The position numbers and the translations under genes were made by a program. Positions 52,991 to 63,171 of a DNA stretch of 64,000 nt are shown here, piece after piece; position 1 is the first letter of the stretch; each line of letters opens with the position of its first letter. The DNA lies in the sequence record AP018399.1; one strand, given 5' to 3'. Under the pieces are notes generated by a model. That model did no database searches and was not told the DNA's origin. It worked only from the letters and a program-made list of their open reading frames with translations.

Positions 52991-53725
52991 TTACTTTGAA
53001 GCGATTGCAGTGAAGTAGCGGATTGGGTTCAGTAGCTTTCCGTCTCGTCTGATTTCGACGTGGACGTGAACGCCAGTGCTGATTCCCGTTCTACCAGCTT
53101 TTGCAATTTCCATACCTGCTGTCACAATGTCACCGGCCTTGACAAGCAAGCGTGAGTTGTGAGCTAGTAGCGTCGTATAACCATTCTCATGGTCAATCTC
53201 AACTACATTCCCGTATCCGTTTCGGACGCCTGAGAAGACGACACGACCGGCTGCGGGGGCCAGAACAGGTGTACCTAGCTTGGCGGCTAGGTCGATTCCG
53301 TCGTGATGACGAACTCGTCCCCTGACTGGATGCTTTCGCCATCCGAAGGCAGAGGTAATGATGCCAGTGAGAGAAGGGATGCGGGAAGAGGCTTGCGAGT
53401 CATCTTGTGGTTCCTCGCCCAGAATGTTTTCTGGCTTCCGAATGAAGGATGCTAGAGGGTCTTCATCTAGCGTTGGCACATCAAATGGTGTCTGGTACAC
53501 CGGTTTTGGTAGATTCAAAAAATCGCTCACGCGAGCGTTAGGACTTAGTGGTTCTACCAGTTGGGTTGCGGCAATCATCCCGGCTGTCTGCCCATGTTCA
53601 GCGGCAGATGCAGTTTGCGTGATGCTTCCGATTACCATCAGTGGTATCAGAAGGAATATCGCTGCTGCTTTCTTAATTACGGACGGTCTGTACAAGCTCC
53701 CATCCTTGGTTAGTAGTTCATGCAT
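52991..53725 (-). CDS. M23 family peptidase (membrane-anchored)
   Basis: HHDGIDLAA, YGNVVEIDH, HNS, STGVHVHVEI. Confidence 0.92.
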   Translation of the reverse strand: MHELLTKDGSLYRPSVIKKAAAIFLLIPLMVIGSITQTASAAEHGQTAGMIAATQLVEPLSPNARVSDFLNLPKPVYQTPFDVPTLDEDPLASFIRKPENILGEEPQDDSQASSRIPSLTGIITSAFGWRKHPVRGRVRHHDGIDLAAKLGTPVLAPAAGRVVFSGVRNGYGNVVEIDHENGYTTLLAHNSRLLVKAGDIVTAGMEIAKAGRTGISTGVHVHVEIRRDGKLLNPIRYFTAIASK

Positions 53726-53843
53726 AGAGTTTTCCTTTAACGTTTGTCTAGCTTATAATTTTTCCCTCAAAGAAAGTATTTAGTAACGAAAGAAGCCCTA
53801 GTGTACGTCACTAGGGCTTCTGTGTCAATGCTATGTTCAGGTT

Positions 53844-54692
53844 TTAAAGCAAACCAGTAATGTGTGCATTCTCGACTGGCGGGGCACCAGCGAAGATAAA
53901 CGAGGACTTCCCACCCTTGCGAATGTCCGCTTCTTCCGTAGGACTCAGCACCTTGCTGGAATCGAATTCAATTACTACCAGCTTCTTGTAGGCCAGAACG
54001 TTGTACCATCCGTAGTTCGTCTTCGTCACGAACAGGAAGAATTCATCATCACTCGGTCCAATCGGACCGGGACGGCTGGGGAAGCGACGGGACAGATTGA
54101 CCTTTTCCTTACCCATGTACCAGCCGGATGCACCATTCTTAAGTGTAATCCACTGGCCCTTCTGGTAACCACTTACCAGCTTGGCACTGGCCTTCTTCTC
54201 GCGGGTTGCCATGTCGGTATTCATCTGGTCCCAGAGGTCAGTGCCTTCCGGAATCAGGATGTTGTTCGAACCGAGGCGACCAATCACGCAACGACCATTG
54301 ATGACGCCACCAGCAGAGATACCAGTCTGCGTGATAATCTGGGCGAGGTTGGCCGAGGGGATTTCCCATTCGAAGCCACGCGGGTCTTCGATACGCCACA
54401 CCACGTTGCCAGAGTTCCAACCGCCAGTACGCTTCACGGACTTGGCAATCTTGAAACCGGCCAGCGGTTCATTCTTGACGTTGATGGGGTCGGGCTGCTT
54501 GTCGTATTCGTACTTGCCGTTGACATAGCGACCATAGCCGCGAGTCCACGTATCCACCGTTTCCTTGCGCTTCTTGAAAGCAGCCGTGGTATCGAACGGA
54601 GTCAGGAATGCCAGTGGAAGGTCGGACGTGTCCTTATGCTGGCTCTTGAAACCAACATAGAATTCGTCAATACGCTTGATGAGTTCGCTCAT
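53844..54692 (-). CDS. phage hypothetical protein
   Basis: WRIEDPRGFEWEI. Confidence 0.8.
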   Translation of the reverse strand: MSELIKRIDEFYVGFKSQHKDTSDLPLAFLTPFDTTAAFKKRKETVDTWTRGYGRYVNGKYEYDKQPDPINVKNEPLAGFKIAKSVKRTGGWNSGNVVWRIEDPRGFEWEIPSANLAQIITQTGISAGGVINGRCVIGRLGSNNILIPEGTDLWDQMNTDMATREKKASAKLVSGYQKGQWITLKNGASGWYMGKEKVNLSRRFPSRPGPIGPSDDEFFLFVTKTNYGWYNVLAYKKLVVIEFDSSKVLSPTEEADIRKGGKSSFIFAGAPPVENAHITGLL

Positions 54693-54904
54693 CTGAACAG
54701 TGTGCCCCATGAAAGGTTGCCGGAAGGAAGTATCGTTGCATATTCAACGTCGCGATGCGTAATCAACTCATCATCAACGAACGTACAACGTACCGTGATG
54801 GGTTTATTATAACGCTTCGCTTCTTCCTTTGCAAGCAAAAGAACACGGTCTGCCCCATCATAGGGCAGACCGTTGAGGTAGAACGTAAAGTTTCCTCTGG
54901 TCAC
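54689..54904 (-). CDS. hypothetical protein
   Basis: coupled to both neighbours. Confidence 0.55.
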   Translation of the reverse strand: MTRGNFTFYLNGLPYDGADRVLLLAKEEAKRYNKPITVRCTFVDDELITHRDVEYATILPSGNLSWGTLFR

Positions 54905-56208
54905 TCGGAAGCCGCAGATTCCAAGTCAACCACGTCCTTGTCCAGCAGCGCAGTTTCGTGCGCGAGGAACAGCGGAGACTTCGCCTTCGTGATGGTCGGC
55001 GACACCGCTTCGCACTCCACGATACGCAGGCATACGCCTTCGTCCACGGTCTTTGCGTCGCTCAGCGGAACCGGCATATCGGTGAAAGCCGAATGGCCGC
55101 TCATCACGTCGTCGTAGTAGCGACGGTCCATCAGGGCTTCGATACGGCCAGAAGCTACCAAGTCCGCCTTACGACCACGGAAGAATTCCGGGGTGTGCAT
55201 GATGCCGTTGTCCACACAGAAGCGCTTCACCGCATCCCACGACAGTTCCACATGACGGCCGTCGTTGGTGATGACCATGATACGATAGACGTACAGGTCA
55301 GCACGGCCCTGCGGCACGTTGTAGGTGTAACCCGACTGGATAGCCGCACCGTCGCCGGTCCAGCCAATCAGTTCCGCGTACAGGATGAAGTTCTGCGGCA
55401 CGATGGCATCGTACTTCTTGCCTTCGGTAGACCAGATATCGTCCTTGTAGAAGTGGACCTGATTCGGGTTGTTCGCATCCTTGATGACGCGACGCGAACC
55501 GTACACATGGTCATACGCCGTGGTCTGCACCTTGACGCCGAAGAACTTGGCAACCTTTTCCTTCCACGTCGGCTGCACGTTCACCGGCACATGGCCGATA
55601 CGGATAGACGTACCGTGGAGCTTCTGGGTCACGATGACTTCGGCATCATCCGGAATCGAATCCAACTGGCGGAACCAGTGGGAAGTCGCCAGATGTTCCG
55701 GCAGGAACTTGTTGTCGATACGCTTGAACTTCTCTTCCTTGAAGGAAGTCTTCTGCACACCGGCCTTGCGAGCCACTTCGTACTTGCGGCAGATTTCGAT
55801 GCCCGCGATTTCATCGAAGGTATCGCCTTCCTTGAGCTTCGACACGTCGATGCCCGTGAAGGCCAGCGAATCCACCGGCATCACCAGCGCATCCGAACGA
55901 TGACCACGGAACTTGATTGCACGCACGCGACGGTTCGCTTCGATGTAACCCTTCTTTTCCGGGTCAGCATTCAGCGTGGTATCGCGGTACAGGTTGTTCG
56001 CCTTGGTGTATTCGTCGGACAACTGCGTCTCTGCCGTGAACACCAGCACGAGGTCGCCGACCTTCGTATCCTTGCCCACGATGGCCTGATAGCCGAACAG
56101 CGGAGCGCCAACCACGTTATCGCAGTTCGGCAGCACGTTGATGTGGCGAATCGTCGTGACCACAGCCACGTAGTTCGCGTTCTTCGGTTCCTTGAAAGTC
56201 AGAGACAT
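54901..56208 (-). CDS. ATP-dependent RNA ligase (DRB0094/Rnl2-like) with N-terminal tRNA-binding-type domain
   Basis: motif I TQKLHGTS, YAELIG, DEGVCLR, KAKS. Confidence 0.85.
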   Translation of the reverse strand: MSLTFKEPKNANYVAVVTTIRHINVLPNCDNVVGAPLFGYQAIVGKDTKVGDLVLVFTAETQLSDEYTKANNLYRDTTLNADPEKKGYIEANRRVRAIKFRGHRSDALVMPVDSLAFTGIDVSKLKEGDTFDEIAGIEICRKYEVARKAGVQKTSFKEEKFKRIDNKFLPEHLATSHWFRQLDSIPDDAEVIVTQKLHGTSIRIGHVPVNVQPTWKEKVAKFFGVKVQTTAYDHVYGSRRVIKDANNPNQVHFYKDDIWSTEGKKYDAIVPQNFILYAELIGWTGDGAAIQSGYTYNVPQGRADLYVYRIMVITNDGRHVELSWDAVKRFCVDNGIMHTPEFFRGRKADLVASGRIEALMDRRYYDDVMSGHSAFTDMPVPLSDAKTVDEGVCLRIVECEAVSPTITKAKSPLFLAHETALLDKDVVDLESAASE

Positions 56209-56321
56209 TGTTGTCGCCTTGTTGATTGAATGTAGGAGTAAACTATAAACCAAAAAAGAAGCCGTGTCAACACTTGACACGGCCTCTTCATCAATGTTGT
56301 AACTAGTGTTTTATTTTTGTA

Positions 56322-57323
56322 TTACTTGACGTGCGTGTAGGTTTCGCCGTCGCGGATGCGAGCCACCGAGCGGGCAGACGTGCCGTAGGTCTTCGCGATG
56401 GTGGACAGCGGCCAGCCTTCGCTCAACGCCTGACGGATATCGCGAACCTGCTGGTCGGTCAGCGTGGTGGTACCAACCGCAGTCTGCTTGGAAGCGAGGC
56501 CGGAGGTCGGGGCCAGCGGAGCCGACTTCACATCAGCGGCCAGCGGAGCCGGAGCAGCCGGGGTCGCCTTCGTGTCGAACTTGGTGTCGAAGTTCGCCAC
56601 CAGCTTTTCGATTTCGCTGCGGTCTTCGTTGTACTTCAATTCGCCGACGACGAGGTAGCGGCAGGCACGGCCCTTCGCGTTGTTGTAGTCGGTCGGAATC
56701 GAAACCACGTCTGCCGGGTTAATCTTCACCACGACGATGCGGGCACCGCCGAAGTGCGACAGGTACGATTCAGAGCAGAAGTGCAGGCCGGTCGAGCAGG
56801 TTTCGTCCTTGTTGTCGTTGACAGCGTTGCGCGGCATTTCCACGACGAGGCCGATGTTGTTCTTGGTCTTGCCATCGTGAACCGAAGTGTAGTCCGCGTT
56901 GACCTTCTTGTACGCGAGGAAATGGCCGTCCGTGGTAATCGGCAGGTCGCACGCTTCCATGAAGCCGTACAGTTCGGTGATGGCGCGATGCGACGGGTTC
57001 TGCATCAGGTTGTCGAGGAACAGCAGCAGCGGGGCAGCGTTGCCAGCTTCCTTCACGACCGTGAGGATGCGGCTCACCAGAGCGCCGTGCAGCGGACGAC
57101 CATCGTACTTGAGAACGGTACCGTCCAGTTCAATCTTGCCCTGCGACAGCTTGACCACGGCCTGACGGACTTCGACAGCATCCTTCACGCCCTGAACGTC
57201 ACCGGCTTCGATTGCCTTGATAACGAGGTCATACTGCGGAGTGCCGGTGGGGACGATATGCTGTTCGCCATCGACGTAGACGGTGACGTTCTTGCTGGAA
57301 ATGACGTGCGGGATGAATGACAT
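56322..57323 (-). CDS. rIIB: rIIB-like protein with C-terminal HTH
   Basis: FLAYKKV, MPRNAV.D...TCSTGLHFCS, VKINPADVVSIP.DYNNAKGRAC.Y. Confidence 0.92.
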   Translation of the reverse strand: MSFIPHVISSKNVTVYVDGEQHIVPTGTPQYDLVIKAIEAGDVQGVKDAVEVRQAVVKLSQGKIELDGTVLKYDGRPLHGALVSRILTVVKEAGNAAPLLLFLDNLMQNPSHRAITELYGFMEACDLPITTDGHFLAYKKVNADYTSVHDGKTKNNIGLVVEMPRNAVNDNKDETCSTGLHFCSESYLSHFGGARIVVVKINPADVVSIPTDYNNAKGRACRYLVVGELKYNEDRSEIEKLVANFDTKFDTKATPAAPAPLAADVKSAPLAPTSGLASKQTAVGTTTLTDQQVRDIRQALSEGWPLSTIAKTYGTSARSVARIRDGETYTHVK

Positions 57324-57388
57324 TGAGAGAATTCCTTTAAGGTTTGAACTTGGTAGGTCTATATAGTAGCACTATTTGAGGCAGAGCG

Positions 57389-59596
57389 TCAAGCGCAGTT
57401 GTGGCACATATTGATGTATTCCACAACATGCTCCGCTTCCTTGCCCGTGATAGCGCCGTAGCCGTGACGGGCCGCGTACTGCATCATGGGAGCCTTGTCG
57501 AACACAGTCTTGGTCGCGTTGCGGGTTGCAGCCAGAGCCGGATGCTGGTCAGCGTTGTAGCCAGCGATACGCAGCATGTAACCGTTCACGTCCGCCTTCG
57601 AAGCCACGGCCTGAGCCTTCGCATTCAGACGCATGAGACGGGCCAGCTTCGAACGCGGGTGCAAGCCCTGCAATTCGGAGAAGCGATATCCCAGAGCCGA
57701 ATGAATCAGTTCGTGGATGCTGTTGGCGATAGTATAACGCTTAATCTTCGGATTAGCAATGATTTCCGCACGCTTTTCCTTAACGTAATCTTCCAACTTC
57801 ACCCACTCAATGCCCGTCTCGGCCAGCTTGTCAACGTCATTGGCACGGATGCCATAGAGCGGCAAGTCAACCACGCCAGCATTGCAGAGTTCGTTAAACT
57901 GGCCCTTCACGTTGTAACCGATGCTTTCGGTACGCTGGCGGTCCACAACAATGTAGACGGCCTTTTCAACGTCGTCGCCGTTGTCGTCGGTCAGTTCGCC
58001 CAGCTTGTCGTATTCGCGCTTCCAGTTCGCAACCGAATCCATATCATCGCGGCCATTGCCGTTCGCACGGTAAGCGGTCGGACGGCTGTAGTCGGTACGG
58101 GTGCGGTCATACGCAGTACGCGGCGGGTCGGCCATCTGGGAAACCATGTGAATTTCCGCGAAGCCGCCCAAGTGGTCACTCAGCGCCTTGATGAAAGCCG
58201 CATCCATCTTGATGCTATCGAAGTTCGCAGTCAGAGACAGCATCGTTTCAAGGTTCTTTTCCTTGAAAAAATGACGCATCTTCGCAACCGGAGTCTTCGA
58301 AGTATCGCGCAGGACGATAGCAACGCGCTCACCCTTGGTAGGCTGCAACGTGGCATCATCGCTGGAATTGCGAGAGCCGGTGAAGCCGTTCATGCCGTTA
58401 CGGGTGTACTTGGTAATCGACACGCCGTTGACGGTCTTCTTTACCTTGTTGCCATTGATATCTTCGCGTTCCACTTCCGTCTTGAACGCATCGCAGGTAC
58501 CCAACTGGAAAGAGTAGGTGCCGTGGTGATGCTTGGTCGCCGGGGACAAATCCATTTTGATTCCCGCGATGATGCTGCGGAAAGTCTGATTGTCATTGAT
58601 GAAGCGTGCCTTTTCATACACGTTCGGCAGCGTGGCAATCTGGGTTTCAATCCACTTCACCACGTCAGCGTGAGCTTCGGCCACACGCTTCTTAAGTGAA
58701 TCCAGCGTCACGCCCTTGTACTCGACACCTTCACGGCTGGCGGTCACGCCAATCTCGCCGATGTTGAAATACAGGTTCGCACCGATTTCATTGATGGTAC
58801 GGAGGAACTGGCCGTCTTCCGACGACAGGTGCGGCAGCACTTGCGTCACGTCCAGCGGATAGCCGACCGGACCCTGAATGATGTGCATCGACGCACGACC
58901 ATAGGCTTTCGAACGGAAAATCTTGATGGTCGCAGTTTCGAACAGCGCTTCGCCTTCCTCTTCGAAGTCGAACTTCGCACCGTTGCGGAAGTTCACGACT
59001 TCCGGCTTCACCGGGAAGAAACGCAACTGAGTTTGCGCAGCCTTGATGAAAGCGCCAAAATCCTTCGGTTCGACACCGATTTTGATTTCGACACCGTTGT
59101 GTTCGTCGCTGGCGGTTTCAGCCATAAGCTGAATTTCCGGGATGCCCTCGCCATTGATGAAGGCCGAGTACATATACTTGCGACCGTTGTAAATCGAAGT
59201 AACATTGAACTGGTCGGTGTACGAGAACGGAGTCTTCGCACCGAGGCCGAATGCGCCCACGGCATCATTCGACTGGTCCTTGGTGGACTGGAAGTAGACG
59301 CAGAATACGGTCTGCACGGCATCCGGCGACAGGCCGATACCGTAATCGCGGAAGGAAACCCACGGCTCAAATGCGTCCGGCAGGTGCAGGGTGAACGCCT
59401 TTTCCGGCGTACCGGCCATGACGTGCGAGTCCAAGCAATTGCACGAGATTTCGCGCATGATGGAACCAATCTTGTCCTGATACATGGTATCGGAAAGGAC
59501 GCGGAACGCCTTACCGTTCATGGCGATGGAGAACTGGCCGGACTGACCGGCAGCGCCAGAGGACTTGACCGGACCGTTATGCTGCTGAATCTGCAT
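57389..59596 (-). CDS. rIIA: rIIA-like protein (N-terminal GHKL ATPase)
   Basis: YQDKIGSIMREISCN..D, RDYGIGLS, GAFGLGAK; adjacent to rIIB. Confidence 0.9.
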   Translation of the reverse strand: MQIQQHNGPVKSSGAAGQSGQFSIAMNGKAFRVLSDTMYQDKIGSIMREISCNCLDSHVMAGTPEKAFTLHLPDAFEPWVSFRDYGIGLSPDAVQTVFCVYFQSTKDQSNDAVGAFGLGAKTPFSYTDQFNVTSIYNGRKYMYSAFINGEGIPEIQLMAETASDEHNGVEIKIGVEPKDFGAFIKAAQTQLRFFPVKPEVVNFRNGAKFDFEEEGEALFETATIKIFRSKAYGRASMHIIQGPVGYPLDVTQVLPHLSSEDGQFLRTINEIGANLYFNIGEIGVTASREGVEYKGVTLDSLKKRVAEAHADVVKWIETQIATLPNVYEKARFINDNQTFRSIIAGIKMDLSPATKHHHGTYSFQLGTCDAFKTEVEREDINGNKVKKTVNGVSITKYTRNGMNGFTGSRNSSDDATLQPTKGERVAIVLRDTSKTPVAKMRHFFKEKNLETMLSLTANFDSIKMDAAFIKALSDHLGGFAEIHMVSQMADPPRTAYDRTRTDYSRPTAYRANGNGRDDMDSVANWKREYDKLGELTDDNGDDVEKAVYIVVDRQRTESIGYNVKGQFNELCNAGVVDLPLYGIRANDVDKLAETGIEWVKLEDYVKEKRAEIIANPKIKRYTIANSIHELIHSALGYRFSELQGLHPRSKLARLMRLNAKAQAVASKADVNGYMLRIAGYNADQHPALAATRNATKTVFDKAPMMQYAARHGYGAITGKEAEHVVEYINMCHNCA

Positions 59597-59740
59597 GTGA
59601 AGAGTATCCTTGATGAAGTAAGTGCGAGAATTATAGGCCGACAAAATTACAATGTCAACCCTCATTCTGGAATTCGTTGGCGGCGATGTGCGTCAACTGA
59701 TGGCGACAAGTATAAGGATTAAAATCAATCCGTCAAGGGG

Positions 59741-59785
59741 TTGACAGGCAATAAATTATAGGGTAAAATGGATGGTAGGCCGGGG
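59741..59785 (+). repeat. orphan promoter module copy 11
   Basis: TTGACA-17-TAAAATGGATGGTAGGCCGGG then hairpin ~59805-59830. Confidence 0.85.
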
Positions 59786-59867
59786 GTATACACTGGCCCA
59801 AAAGAAAAGCCCCGCTTGGACGGGGCTTCTCAACGCAGCGAGCTTTCGCTCTTCCGGCAGGGTACAA

Positions 59868-60029
59868 TTAGCGGATGCTTTCGCCAGCCCAACGGTCAAA
59901 GATGCCGTAGTTCGACGGGTTGTTCTGGTCGCGCTTGTATTCGCGAGCAGCTTCACGAGTCTGGGTGTTCTTTAGCGGCTTCTGGGTCTTGCTGTTCTTG
60001 CTGTAAACGTAGTAACGAGAATTTGACAT
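59868..60029 (-). CDS. small basic protein (53 aa)
   Basis: AAGGA RBS, terminator downstream. Confidence 0.55.
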   Translation of the reverse strand: MSNSRYYVYSKNSKTQKPLKNTQTREAAREYKRDQNNPSNYGIFDRWAGESIR

Positions 60030-60090
60030 TGTTTGATTTCCTTTATAAAGACCGCCATGTCACTAGCAGTATGGGGTCAGTATACGGATA

Positions 60091-60441
60091 TCAAATTGGA
60101 TTGTCAAGTCCTTCGCGTGCTTCCAATTCCGCTTCCGCCTTGCGGACAGTAAGGATGCGACAGGTCATGCCCGGTTCCGGGGTCACAAACATATCTTCAC
60201 CTAGGAAGACAATGCTACCCTCCACACGCGGCTTCTTGTCCGTCTGTAGCAGAACTTCCTTCTTGCCGTGGAGACTGGAACAGCCCAAGTACCACGGACC
60301 CTCATCACGGATGCGAGTATAACCCACATAGATTAGACCAGCAACCAGAATGACGGAAGCAATCTTCAACTGCTTCCACTCGGCAGAGTTCGCAGCCCGT
60401 TCGCGTTTGATTTCTTCCCGCAGCTTCTTAAACCAACGCAA
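60091..60441 (-). CDS. membrane-anchored hypothetical protein
   Basis: one TM segment. Confidence 0.7.
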   Translation of the reverse strand: MRWFKKLREEIKRERAANSAEWKQLKIASVILVAGLIYVGYTRIRDEGPWYLGCSSLHGKKEVLLQTDKKPRVEGSIVFLGEDMFVTPEPGMTCRILTVRKAEAELEAREGLDNPI

Positions 60442-61177
60442 CTTCGGCCTCCGGCTCTTCTTGTTTTTCTATGTGCAAGCCCACGTACTCACGCATTTGC
60501 GAGAAGACAGGGATGTGTACATCAACCTGCTTCGAAATGCTATTGTAGCACAGACCACGCTTTTTGTGAATCGCAATGTCGTTCCAGTTCACCGGAACAT
60601 CCATCTGCATCAGCAAGTCCTGAACCTGCTGATTGTTCAGGCCATGACACTTCTTATGGCCTAGGTAGTGCGTAGCCACAGAGCGGATACTGTTACGCAC
60701 AGCATCGTTCTGTCGCCAAATGAAATAATTTACAATCTCATCCTTCGGCAGCGAGAAGACACGCGAATCGAAGAATGCCAGCGGCTTGTCTTCGAAGGCA
60801 TCAGCAGCCAGCTTGTTGAACATGCCAGTCGCCAGAGACGCGGACACGCTCACCATCTTCTGGACATTGCCATCGAACCATGCATCGGTCGTCAGGTTGT
60901 CGTAGTCACGTAGCAGGATGGAGATTTCATCCGACTGGCAGTAAGCGAAAACTGCACCTTGGATATTCTCACATAGAAACTTCATGGTGTTCGCCATGAT
61001 AGCGATGAACGTATCATCGTGGGGACGGTCAAGTCCCTTCGTCCATGTGTGGAATGCCTTACCGTCCAGACGGATGATTGCGGGCGTGCGTCGCATCAAC
61101 TTGATACGATTCACGTCCTCATACTTCTTCATGCGGTCGCCGAGACTATCGCCGCCCTTGGGTGCAGATTTCGCCAT
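60428..61177 (-). CDS. thg1: tRNA-His guanylyltransferase (Thg1/TLP) family protein
   Basis: DRMKKYE, IRLDGKAFHTWT, QSDEIS, FDSR, WRQNDA.RNS. Confidence 0.92.
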   Translation of the reverse strand: MAKSAPKGGDSLGDRMKKYEDVNRIKLMRRTPAIIRLDGKAFHTWTKGLDRPHDDTFIAIMANTMKFLCENIQGAVFAYCQSDEISILLRDYDNLTTDAWFDGNVQKMVSVSASLATGMFNKLAADAFEDKPLAFFDSRVFSLPKDEIVNYFIWRQNDAVRNSIRSVATHYLGHKKCHGLNNQQVQDLLMQMDVPVNWNDIAIHKKRGLCYNSISKQVDVHIPVFSQMREYVGLHIEKQEEPEAEVALV

Positions 61178-61713
61178 TACTTTTTCTTCCGAAGTTTGAT
61201 ATTCAACTCTGTTTCCAGTGTATCATAGAACGCTGGTCGAGCCAAATACTTTTTGTGTTCGCGAAGCGTAATGGCTGCACGTCGCTTGATTTGTTCGAAG
61301 ATTCGGTCCCATACCGCTTCGGATAGCTCCGGAGCCATCGCAGCCTGAACCATGCGACCGCTATCCAGTGTGATGTTATGGCGACCACACCATGCACCGT
61401 CGTAGTCAAAACTGACCCGGTATTCCTTCATGGTCGGCAGCTTGTTGCGTGAGTAGGAATCGTAAGGACAGACCTTGATTTCCCAGCCCTGACCCAAGTT
61501 CAGTTCCCAGCCCTCATCCACGCTGTACTTCTTCTCCGGAATGTATTTGTAATCATTCGGAGTGAACTGCATGATATCGAAAGGCTGGCCGTACAGCTTT
61601 TCGAACAACGGCCAGCCCTTCGGGGCAAGTCTCAGGAAGTCGAACAACTGAATGGCTGCATCAGCCGCTTCAATGTTCGACATGGATGGGATAGGAGGGG
61701 AAGCGATGGTCAT
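61177..61713 (-). CDS. hypothetical protein
   Basis: coupled ORF. Confidence 0.7.
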   Translation of the reverse strand: MTIASPPIPSMSNIEAADAAIQLFDFLRLAPKGWPLFEKLYGQPFDIMQFTPNDYKYIPEKKYSVDEGWELNLGQGWEIKVCPYDSYSRNKLPTMKEYRVSFDYDGAWCGRHNITLDSGRMVQAAMAPELSEAVWDRIFEQIKRRAAITLREHKKYLARPAFYDTLETELNIKLRKKK

Positions 61714-61976
61714 TAGAATTGAATATTGTAAAGGCGTGTCAGGTGTTCCGTGATGCGCTCCCGAATGTGTGCCTTCACACGCTTCAACTCGGTAGCCTCA
61801 TCTTCCGATTCAAACTTCCAGTCAGCATTGCTCCACACCAACTGGTCCATGAATGTGATATGCACATTGTAACCGTCCGTGGTCCCAAACAACATGGGGA
61901 CAGTACGGCCCGGCATCCCCTCATTCACCATGAGGTTCATCTGGTCGTTCAGTTCGCGGACGATATCGAAGAGCAT
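61713..61976 (-). CDS. hypothetical protein
   Basis: coupled ORF. Confidence 0.7.
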   Translation of the reverse strand: MLFDIVRELNDQMNLMVNEGMPGRTVPMLFGTTDGYNVHITFMDQLVWSNADWKFESEDEATELKRVKAHIRERITEHLTRLYNIQF

Positions 61977-62031
61977 GACTGCATTCCTGCTTTGTGAGCC
62001 TTAATTATAGCACACAAAGTCAGCTTGTCAA

Positions 62032-62253
62032 CTACTTCCCACGGGAGTTCGCTATCATCTTCCCTAGGACGAAAAGAATCAGGGCAGTCGGCCAGAAGGT
62101 TCCGTAGACTATGGAGTTCGTGACACCCTTCAAGATTAGCTCTTCCCGCTCAGGGTCAAAGTAATCCAGCTTCCGGTATTCAAGCCACGTCTCCAATCCC
62201 ACCCAGCTAGCAACCAACAGGCCACAGATTACATAAGTGAGATACGGCTCCAT
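62032..62253 (-). CDS. membrane protein (TAG stop)
   Basis: two TM segments. Confidence 0.65.
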   Translation of the reverse strand: MEPYLTYVICGLLVASWVGLETWLEYRKLDYFDPEREELILKGVTNSIVYGTFWPTALILFVLGKMIANSRGK

Positions 62254-62287
62254 ACCTTGTCCTCAATCCATTGAACGAGTTCGGCAA

Positions 62288-62635
62288 TCATTCGCGCGGG
62301 AAGTCCTTGAAATCGGACTTCTGTTCAAGCTCACCATCAATGCGAACCAGACCGAAATAATTGCCGTTAATCGGTTCCTCATTGGAGAGTTCACAGTAGG
62401 CAGCATTCACCATGCCCACATTCTCGCCAGTCTCCACCAGCCGGACACGAGGCACACCATGAGCAGCATCACAGCGCTCAACCAGTGCAGCCAGAGCATC
62501 AGCATTCATCGGACGCTCCAATCGACGCTGTTCACGAGCATGATAGCTCAGCGGTCCACTGATAGTAGACCACATGAAAGTGAACGCCAGTGTCAGCGCA
62601 CCGAGCATGACAAAAAAGGGAGCTTTGTTATTCAT
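62288..62635 (-). CDS. membrane-anchored hypothetical protein
   Basis: N-terminal TM segment. Confidence 0.7.
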   Translation of the reverse strand: MNNKAPFFVMLGALTLAFTFMWSTISGPLSYHAREQRRLERPMNADALAALVERCDAAHGVPRVRLVETGENVGMVNAAYCELSNEEPINGNYFGLVRIDGELEQKSDFKDFPRE

Positions 62636-62808
62636 TTACGTTTCGTCTTCCGTAGCTTGTGAGCAGGGAACATGGTGACAGCTTCACCCTGTTCGTTCTT
62701 GATGATTTTCAATTGCAATCGACGCTTGCACTTCGGACACCGGTGAAACGGTACCTTGTTCATGCGAAGCACCTTGATGTACACGTCCACAGGCTCAGGA
62801 GCCGACAT
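62632..62808 (-). CDS. small basic zinc-ribbon protein
   Basis: RCPKCKRR. Confidence 0.55.
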   Translation of the reverse strand: MSAPEPVDVYIKVLRMNKVPFHRCPKCKRRLQLKIIKNEQGEAVTMFPAHKLRKTKRK

Positions 62809-62840
62809 ACACCAGTCTTCACCTTGCCTATATCCGACCA

Positions 62841-63149
62841 TTAGAAAGTAGACCAGCTTTCAGTGGTCCCCTCCGTCGTCACTTCATTCGAAGAATGACT
62901 GTTCGATTCCGGATGTTGTTTGAAGTCACAGTACACGTTGTACCATTGACCCATTCGCTCGCCACGGTCCTGCTGGTAACCCAACAGAGTTCCATTGAAA
63001 CCCTTGCACTTCTCAATCTGGGCGTCCAATTCCTCTTGCGTGACATAGGTAAGAATCTTGCCCGTTTCCGGGTCAAAGACCTGTCCCTCTTGCAAACGAG
63101 AGCAAGCCGTCAAAGCCAGTAGTAGCGAAATCGCGAGTAGAGTCTTCAT
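62841..63149 (-). CDS. lipoprotein
   Basis: lipobox LTAC. Confidence 0.75.
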   Translation of the reverse strand: MKTLLAISLLLALTACSRLQEGQVFDPETGKILTYVTQEELDAQIEKCKGFNGTLLGYQQDRGERMGQWYNVYCDFKQHPESNSHSSNEVTTEGTTESWSTF

Positions 63150-63171
63150 GATGAAAATTATAGACTAGCTA

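Noticed and set aside
12018-59722. Long antisense ORFs such as 12018-13040, 26387-27463, 29213-30088, 54958-56229, 56331-57320, 57401-58699 and 58829-59722
   Set aside because: They mirror strongly codon-biased genes on the other strand; no RBS or protein motifs
16057-62034. Genome-wide TAG recoding
   Set aside because: No gene in the window is visibly split by TAG; where readthrough was checked (16057, 39938) it gave only short, unremarkable extensions
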